A stretch of DNA of 64,000 nucleotides from an uncultured SAR324 cluster bacterium (GTDB lineage Bacteria; SAR324; NAC60-12): NCBI GenBank assembly GCA_905182865.1, contig CAJJCY010000002.1:771040-835039 (forward strand), written 5' to 3'. A program made the position numbers and the translations under genes. How positions within the stretch are numbered: position 1 is the first letter of the stretch; the number at the start of each line of letters is the position of its first letter. The notes under the pieces are model-generated. The model saw only the letters and a list, made by a program, of their open reading frames with translations. It did no database searches and was not told the origin of the DNA. Shown in pieces: positions 57,753 through 64,000 of this stretch.

Positions 57753-58445
57753 ATGGAAACAGATTATGGTGGTTTTAAAACCACAAAATTTGACAGTGTA
57801 GTCAATTGGTCCAGGAAATTTTCGCTTTTTCAGTATCCGTTTGTAACTGCTTGCTGCGGAATGGAGTACATGGCCGCAGCCTGCTCACATTATGATATGT
57901 CACGTTTTGGTGCAGAAATTCCCAGATTTTCACCTAGACAGGCGGACGTTCTCTGGGTAGTAGGAACAATCACTCATAAAATGACACCGATCCTCAAGAC
58001 GATTTATGATCAGATGGCAGATCCAAAGTGGGTGATTGCTTTTGGCGCATGTGCATCTTCCGGAGGATTCTATCAAAATTACTCTGTACTTCAGGGAATT
58101 GACCGTTTGATTCCAGTTGATCTTTATATCGCAGGTTGTCCTCCGAGACCCGAAGCTGTGCTGGACGGACTTATTGAGTTGCAGAATAGCATTCAGAATG
58201 ATGGCCCGACTGCCAACGGCATTACTCCAACTGCCATCAGGCATAAAGATCAAAAAGCAGATCAGCTAAATCGATACTTTGAAATATCCAAAAAAGAAGT
58301 CTTTGAAAATTTACAAAATCCTAAAAGCAACCGCATCAGCAAACCGGGATTCACGTATTCTGAAGATTTCATCAATGTCAGTCCTCATATTGGCTATGAC
58401 TCTCCAAGAATGCAGAAAGATAAAGCTGCTCTTAAAGAAAAATAA
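57753..58445 (+). CDS. nuoB: NADH-quinone oxidoreductase subunit B with about 70-aa C-terminal extension
   Basis: [30 protein letters not shown] and IAGCPPRPE supply the N2-cluster cysteines. Extra Lys-rich tail after ...LQNSIQN. Confidence 0.9.
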   Translation: METDYGGFKTTKFDSVVNWSRKFSLFQYPFVTACCGMEYMAAACSHYDMSRFGAEIPRFSPRQADVLWVVGTITHKMTPILKTIYDQMADPKWVIAFGACASSGGFYQNYSVLQGIDRLIPVDLYIAGCPPRPEAVLDGLIELQNSIQNDGPTANGITPTAIRHKDQKADQLNRYFEISKKEVFENLQNPKSNRISKPGFTYSEDFINVSPHIGYDSPRMQKDKAALKEK

Positions 58446-58482
58446 CGGTCTATTATCATCTAACACGAACCTTTAAATAATC

Positions 58483-59043
58483 ATGAGTGAAGAAATTTCC
58501 ACAAAGGAAACGGGAACGCCTCCGGAGACAGGAGAACTGACTACCTTGCTCAAACAGGAATTTCCGGATGATGTCACCGATTTTCATGCTCACCGTGATG
58601 ACGAAACCGTCGTTATAAAACGAGATGCACTGGAGGCTGTTTGCCGCTTTTTACGGGATGATACACGCTGCTCTTTTGAGATAATGATGGATTTAACTGC
58701 AGTGGATCGTCTTGAAATGAATGAGACACCACGATTCGAAATGGTTTATCATTTTAAGTCGTTGACTCATGCCCGGCGTTTGAGACTGAAGGTTCGTTTA
58801 ACTGAAGATGATTGTAAAATTGCATCAATTCATCATTTGTGGAAAGCAGTAGACTGGTATGAGCGAGAATGTTTTGATATGTTCGGAATTGTTTTTGAGG
58901 GACATCCGGACTTGAGACGAATTTTGATGTACGATGAATTTGAAGGACATCCCCTCCGTAAAGACTATCCAATTGATAAACAACAGCCTTTAATGGAACT
59001 AAAAGAAGTTGAGGAACGACACGTATACGGGAGGCACTCATGA
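58483..59043 (+). CDS. nuoC: NADH-quinone oxidoreductase subunit C
   Basis: DLTAVDR, WYERECFDMFGIVFEGHPDLRRIL. Confidence 0.9.
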   Translation: MSEEISTKETGTPPETGELTTLLKQEFPDDVTDFHAHRDDETVVIKRDALEAVCRFLRDDTRCSFEIMMDLTAVDRLEMNETPRFEMVYHFKSLTHARRLRLKVRLTEDDCKIASIHHLWKAVDWYERECFDMFGIVFEGHPDLRRILMYDEFEGHPLRKDYPIDKQQPLMELKEVEERHVYGRHS

Positions 59044-60266
59044 CAGATATGACCTTACTTCAGTCCAGTTCTGAGGATGCTTCAACCGGAGAAGACTTTT
59101 CCGCCTCAGTTATGAGCATTGAGATTGGCCCCGCTCACCCAGCCATGCACGGAATTGTGCGCTTCACCACACATCTGGATGGAGAATTGATAGTCGGAAT
59201 GGATCCGGAAATCGGCTATCTGCATCGTGGTTTTGAAAAGGAATCAGAAAATTCAAAATGGATTCAGGTCATCCCGTATACTGACCGGCTGAATTATGTG
59301 TCTCCTCTGCTGAATAATATCGGTTATTCAATGGCAGTGGAAAAACTATATGGAATTCAAGCTCCCCCACGTGCCGAATTCACCCGGGTTATTATGGGTG
59401 AAATATCACGGATCACAGACCATCTGACTTGTCTGGGAGCAGTAGCCATGGAGATAGGTGCATTTACATTTTTTCTCTGGTTTATTAAGGCTCGTGAATA
59501 CCTTTGGGAACTAGTTGAGGAAATGACTGGTGCAAGACTGACGACAAACTGGACTCGTTTTGGTGGAAATCATTCCGATCTTCCAGATGGTTTTTTGGGT
59601 GATCTGGCAGATCGTTTAGCCAAATTGAAAGAAATCATGACGGAATGTGACAAACTTCTCACTCGTAATAAAATTTTCATTGATAGAGTAAAAGATGTTG
59701 GAGCTATCTCTAAAGAAGATGCCCTTTCTTTTGGTTTTACCGGGCCACTGTTGAGGGCCTGTGGGATACCTTATGATGTCCGGAGGGCGGATTCATATTC
59801 TGTTTATGATGAACTTGATTTTGAAATTCCGGTAGGAAGCACAGGTGATTGTTTTGATCGATTTTTGGTCAGGATGGAAGAAATCAGACAAAGCATCAGC
59901 ATAATTGAACAGGCTGCAGACAAAATGCCGGAAGGGCCGTTTATGACAGACGAACGAATGATGCATTTTCCGGATAAGAAAGATGTTTATGGAAATATCG
60001 AAGGACTAATTGATCATTTCAAATTGGTCATGGAAGGACATCAGCCGCCTGCCGGTGAGATATACATGCCGGTTGAGGGTGGAAACGGAGAAATGGGATT
60101 TTATCTCGTTTCAGATGGTAGTGGTGATCCAGTGAGGGTACGAATGCGCCCACCTTGTTTTAATTTTGTTGCAGCCATGCCGGCCATGACAGTTGGCCAT
60201 TATGTCGCAGACATCGTACCGATTTTTGGTTCTGTTAACATGATTGGCGGAGAGTTGGACCGCTAA
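59040..60266 (+). CDS. nuoD: NADH-quinone oxidoreductase subunit D
   Basis: GPAHPAMHGIVR, IGYLHRGFEK and DRLNYV, with the C-terminal GSVNMIGGELDR. Confidence 0.95.
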   Translation: MTDMTLLQSSSEDASTGEDFSASVMSIEIGPAHPAMHGIVRFTTHLDGELIVGMDPEIGYLHRGFEKESENSKWIQVIPYTDRLNYVSPLLNNIGYSMAVEKLYGIQAPPRAEFTRVIMGEISRITDHLTCLGAVAMEIGAFTFFLWFIKAREYLWELVEEMTGARLTTNWTRFGGNHSDLPDGFLGDLADRLAKLKEIMTECDKLLTRNKIFIDRVKDVGAISKEDALSFGFTGPLLRACGIPYDVRRADSYSVYDELDFEIPVGSTGDCFDRFLVRMEEIRQSISIIEQAADKMPEGPFMTDERMMHFPDKKDVYGNIEGLIDHFKLVMEGHQPPAGEIYMPVEGGNGEMGFYLVSDGSGDPVRVRMRPPCFNFVAAMPAMTVGHYVADIVPIFGSVNMIGGELDR

Positions 60267-60301
60267 GTCCAGCTTATTGAAAATAGTTAAGAAAAACGAA
60301 A

Positions 60302-61375
60302 ATGGAGAATGTACTTGAAATAATTATGATTCCGGCAGTTCTGGCCATAATTAAAATTATGGTGATTATTCTGTTGTTTGCCATGCCGTTGGGTACTTTT
60401 TTGACTCTAATGGAACGTAAATGGAGTGCCATGATTCAGGACCGCGTAGGACCAAACAGGGCGAACATCGGAAATTTTACCGGACATGGAATCATGCATA
60501 TTGCTGCAGATGGCCTCAAATCCATTTTCAAGGAAGATACGATGCCAAAAGGGGCTGACGGGTTTTTGTACCTGATTGCACCTTTTTTTGGTTTGATAGC
60601 AGCAATCGCTACATTTGCTGTCATTCCGATTGCAGGACCCATTGGGAATTTTACTTTTCAAGTGACAGATATCGAACCTGGGCTGCTTTTTATTTTTGCC
60701 ATCACCTCACTCAGTGTATATGGAGCAGTGCTCGCAGGAACAAGTTCAAACAGTAAGTTTGCACTACTTGGGGGTACTCGTGCCTCAGCTCAAATGATTT
60801 CTTATGAAGTTTTCATGGGTTTGGCATTGATGGGTGTTTTCATGGTTTATGGAACTACCCGAGTAAGCGGAATTGTAGACGGACAAAATGAATACTGGTT
60901 TGGAAGCCTGATTCCCATGTGGGGTGTTTTTACGCAACCCCTTGGATTTCTTCTCTTTTTTACTGCACTTGTTGCAGAGACTAAACGAGCCCCGTTTGAT
61001 GCACCGGAAGGCGAATCTGAGATCGTTGCCGGATACTTTCTTGAATATTCCGGAATGCGCTGGTCTGCTTTTATGCTTGCGGAATATGTGTCACTCGTTG
61101 GTGTAGCTTCCTTGATTACGACTCTATTTTTTGGTGGGTATCATATCCCATGGCTGCACCTTTGGGAAAATGCTCCACAGTGGCTGGTAACTATCCTGCA
61201 AATTATCAAGTTTTCGGTCTTCACACTATTTTTCTGCTGGTTCCAAATACAGTTACGCTGGACAGTGCCGAAATTTCGCTTTGACCAAACGATGGCTCTC
61301 GGCTGGAAAAAACTTTTGCCGCTTTCATTAATTAACATGTTCGTAACTGCATTTGTGATTCTAGCTTTTGCGTGA
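60302..61375 (+). CDS. nuoH: NADH-quinone oxidoreductase subunit H
   Basis: MERKWSAMIQDRVGPN, AETKRAPFDAPEGESEIVAGY. Confidence 0.95.
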   Translation: MENVLEIIMIPAVLAIIKIMVIILLFAMPLGTFLTLMERKWSAMIQDRVGPNRANIGNFTGHGIMHIAADGLKSIFKEDTMPKGADGFLYLIAPFFGLIAAIATFAVIPIAGPIGNFTFQVTDIEPGLLFIFAITSLSVYGAVLAGTSSNSKFALLGGTRASAQMISYEVFMGLALMGVFMVYGTTRVSGIVDGQNEYWFGSLIPMWGVFTQPLGFLLFFTALVAETKRAPFDAPEGESEIVAGYFLEYSGMRWSAFMLAEYVSLVGVASLITTLFFGGYHIPWLHLWENAPQWLVTILQIIKFSVFTLFFCWFQIQLRWTVPKFRFDQTMALGWKKLLPLSLINMFVTAFVILAFA

Positions 61376-61409
61376 TGATTTCTGAAAAGCAAGGGTTTAG
61401 GAGTAATTA

Positions 61410-62045
61410 ATGGATTTAACTTTTATGCGTCAGGGCTACCAGAATGAAGGACTGTCCAAAGAGGAATTAAGTCCTGACCCGTTTTTGCAATTTGAAGCAT
61501 GGTTTAAGGAAGCGAATGAAACGGAGCCAATACCGAATGCCATGAGTCTAGCAACAGTCAATCATTCCGGATCACCGATGATGAGAACTGTTTTGCTGAA
61601 GCTGTTTGATGATAATGGTTTTGTATTTTTCACTAATTATAAAAGCAGGAAGGCTGAACAAATTTCAGAGAACCAAAATGTTGCGGTGCTTTTTAATTGG
61701 GTGGCTTTGGAACGTCAAGTGAGTATAAATGGAGTTGCAGAAAAAGTTGAGAGGAGTGAGTCCCTTAAATATTTTATGGGCCGACCCCGTGGCAGCCAAC
61801 TGGGAGCCTGGGTTTCAGATCAGCATTCTGTGTTATCTTCAAGGAAAATTCTGGAAATGAAGCTTGATGAAATAAAGCGGAAATTTGGTGAAAATGAAAT
61901 ACCGTTGCCGGAATTTTGGGGTGGATTCAGAATTAAACCGAAAAGATTTGAATTTTGGCAGGGCCGCCCTAACCGTCTTCATGATCGATTCTTATATTCA
62001 AAGATTGATGATGAATCATGGAAAATAGAGCGTTTGGCTCCGTAA
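61410..62045 (+). CDS. pdxH: pyridoxamine 5'-phosphate oxidase
   Basis: DPFLQFEAWF, PNAMSLATV, RTVLLK, FVFFTNYKSRK, WGGFRIKP, EFWQGRPNRLHDR. Confidence 0.9.
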   Translation: MDLTFMRQGYQNEGLSKEELSPDPFLQFEAWFKEANETEPIPNAMSLATVNHSGSPMMRTVLLKLFDDNGFVFFTNYKSRKAEQISENQNVAVLFNWVALERQVSINGVAEKVERSESLKYFMGRPRGSQLGAWVSDQHSVLSSRKILEMKLDEIKRKFGENEIPLPEFWGGFRIKPKRFEFWQGRPNRLHDRFLYSKIDDESWKIERLAP

Positions 62046-62240
62046 ATTTTAATAATGATACAGTCGTAAAAAGACCTGAGATCGTGTAATTTTGGGTAAA
62101 GAGAGAACTCTTGCTATTAGCTGTTGCACTAATATCATTAAGATTTCTCCATTCTGTAGAAATGACTGTGTGTATTTAAGACTTCTTATGACAGTTATTA
62201 ACAATTAAATAAAAGAGAAAAATTAGCTTACAGGAGAAAC

Positions 62241-62825
62241 ATGGAACTAAAAGTTAAACAAGTTCAACGGGTGGACGGTGCAAAAGAAGCTTTGTATCTT
62301 CCAGCACTTTTTGGTGGACTGAGAATAACCGTAAGACATTTCTGGCGCAACCTTTTTGGCGCAAAAGATGTGGTGACTATCAGCTATCCAGAAGAAAAAC
62401 GCCATGTCTCCGAACGATGGCGCGGACGACATCGGTTGACTCGACTTGATAACGGATTTCTCAGTTGTGTTGCCTGTTATATGTGTGAAACCATTTGTCC
62501 CTCAGAATGCATTCACATTGAGGCTGGTGAGCATCCAGACCTTTCAGTTGAAAAATATCCTGTAGTATTTGATATCGACGAACTACGCTGCGTTTTTTGC
62601 GGACTCTGTGTTGAAGCATGCCCAAAAGACGCCATTCGAATGGACACCGGAGTGATTTCAATGGCCTATACGTCTCGTCATACATTTGATTTTACACGTG
62701 ATCTACTTAAAGACAGTTATGACCCAAAATCTCATTCCAATACTAAGTATGAGGATAAAGACCTGCCCTCCCCCAAAGACCAGACAGAAGCTCTGCCCAA
62801 TTCTCTGGGAGTACCAGCGACATAA
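62241..62825 (+). CDS. nuoI: NADH-quinone oxidoreductase subunit I (2x4Fe-4S)
   Basis: CVACYMCETICPSECI and CVFCGLCVEACPKDAI. Confidence 0.9.
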   Translation: MELKVKQVQRVDGAKEALYLPALFGGLRITVRHFWRNLFGAKDVVTISYPEEKRHVSERWRGRHRLTRLDNGFLSCVACYMCETICPSECIHIEAGEHPDLSVEKYPVVFDIDELRCVFCGLCVEACPKDAIRMDTGVISMAYTSRHTFDFTRDLLKDSYDPKSHSNTKYEDKDLPSPKDQTEALPNSLGVPAT

Positions 62826-62834
62826 AATCTTTGC

Positions 62835-64000
62835 ATGAGCACCTCCAACGAAGTTTTCACCCCCGAAGAACAAGTCATTCTTTCTTCTTACGTCACCAAT
62901 ACAGACCGCTCCGTTTTTGTACTCACTAATCTTCCCGAGGTAATAAAAGGTGCGCTTTTTTCGCGCTACTCCCGTTCGACTCTTGGACTTCGCACATTAC
63001 TGCTCAGGGATTTTATTCAGAAAAAAGAATCCAGATTTTCTGACATGCAAACTGGTTCAAACCCATCGAATTCTGCAAAAGAGACGGAACTGGCAATTGA
63101 ATCTGCACAAAATTTTTATGACAGGATACTTGATGGCTATGGTGACGATTCTATTGGTGAACTTGGTGGTGCGCATCTGGCGTTGGAAAATATTTCCATT
63201 TTAGCTACCAAAACTGTTGAAGATGCACGAATCGGAGGCTCTCCATTAGAAAAATCGACTCGCTACGTAACTTTTGCAGAAAAAATAACCGGATTGTCCG
63301 GAAATGAAGAGTTTCGATTTTATCAAGAACCAACTTTACTAAATTCCGTGCACCGTGACTTGTATTTGGAAACTTGCAGGAACCTGTTTGAAACCTATGT
63401 TCGCTTTACTGAACCACTGCGGACACACGTCCGGAAACAGTTGCCTCGTGATCAAGAGATTAGTCAAGCCGCATACGATCGTTCCGTCAGGGCACGTGGA
63501 TTTGATATAATCCGTGGATTATTACCATCTGCTACTCTGACGAACATGGGTGTTTTTGGTAACGGGCGATTTTTTGAAACCCTGATAATGAAATTAAGAA
63601 CTGAGCCCTTCGGAGAGCTGAACGAAATTGGTCAATTTGCCTTCGAAGAATTAGCAAAAGTGATACCTTCTTTTGTACGGCGTGCAGAAGCTGGACACCG
63701 GCATTTTCAGGATTTCCAAAATTTCAGTCTGGCCCAGAAAAAACTCATTAGTAAATTTAACTCAAAGTATCTGGGGCAATTAAAAGCAGACTCTGCGGAA
63801 GCAGTTCGACTGGTAGATTTTGATCCGGAAGCGGAAACCAAACTTCTGTCAGCCTTGCTTTACTCACACTCCGGATTGACTTTACAACAAATACGTGATC
63901 GTGTTTGCGCTCTACCGGATTCAGAAAAAACAAGACTGATTGAAGAGACTGTTGCCTTGCGAAATCACCGACGGCATAAACCGGAACGTGGTTTTGAGAT
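62835..64000 (+). CDS. large (two-domain) ThyX-like FAD-dependent thymidylate synthase, 5' partial
   Basis: ATG 62835 opens a frame to the window end with no stop (checked by hand). GALFSRYSRS..., RGLLPSATLTNMGVFGNGRFFE and ...LRNHRRHKPERGF resemble ThyX-family motifs in the long form. Absent from the track because no stop lies in the window. Confidence 0.55.
   Translation, partial: MSTSNEVFTPEEQVILSSYVTNTDRSVFVLTNLPEVIKGALFSRYSRSTLGLRTLLLRDFIQKKESRFSDMQTGSNPSNSAKETELAIESAQNFYDRILDGYGDDSIGELGGAHLALENISILATKTVEDARIGGSPLEKSTRYVTFAEKITGLSGNEEFRFYQEPTLLNSVHRDLYLETCRNLFETYVRFTEPLRTHVRKQLPRDQEISQAAYDRSVRARGFDIIRGLLPSATLTNMGVFGNGRFFETLIMKLRTEPFGELNEIGQFAFEELAKVIPSFVRRAEAGHRHFQDFQNFSLAQKKLISKFNSKYLGQLKADSAEAVRLVDFDPEAETKLLSALLYSHSGLTLQQIRDRVCALPDSEKTRLIEETVALRNHRRHKPERGFE

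Noticed and set aside
1-64000. I looked for CRISPR arrays, tRNA/rRNA genes, IS elements, integrases and prophage blocks.
   Set aside because: No regularly spaced direct repeats, no T-arm/anticodon-arm-like tRNA structures in the intergenic regions inspected, and no transposase- or integrase-like ORFs were seen. A by-eye scan cannot exclude small RNAs.

Overview
This is a chromosomal window from a diderm (Gram-negative-type) bacterium. It looks moderately AT-rich by eye (not computed), and I cannot assign a taxon from sequence alone. All calls come from hand translation and remembered family motifs; no searches were run.

Most of the window is housekeeping:
- an Fe(III) ABC uptake operon with an embedded DtxR-family repressor
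- a phosphonatase module (phnW/phnX plus a LysR regulator)
- recC-xdhC-deaminase, ppiD and apt
- a heptose/galactose sugar-nucleotide cluster (rfaE2, hldD, galE)
- dapA, rluB, rnc, tatD, argA, lepB, map, hflK and ilvBH
- a motA gene with two tandem motB paralogues
- skp-fabZ-gatC-yhbY-metG
- a fragmented, reordered NADH dehydrogenase (nuo) locus: EFG-JKL, then A-B-C-D-H-pdxH-I, with no nuoM/N in the window.

The most interesting points:
1. A peroxiredoxin has an in-frame TGA exactly at the peroxidatic Cys position, followed by a SECIS-like hairpin, so it is a probable selenoprotein. It lies in an OxyR-flanked redox island with a CxxS glutaredoxin-like gene, DUF3501, an HdrD-like Fe-S protein and rubrerythrin.
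2. The patch at about 17.0-23.4 kb carries many 1-nt frame disruptions in at least six unrelated genes: galE, a lipoprotein, an HTTM/VKGC-like membrane protein, a toxin-antitoxin pair and a two-gene outer-membrane operon.
3. Isolated frameshifts also hit core genes (nuoL, ilvB, probably nuoE). Where a cause is visible, the break is consistent with a mis-called base run, which points to assembly error as much as to gene decay.
4. An orphan hicA toxin sits between nuoA and nuoB.

I recognised no rRNA, tRNA, CRISPR array, transposase or integrase.
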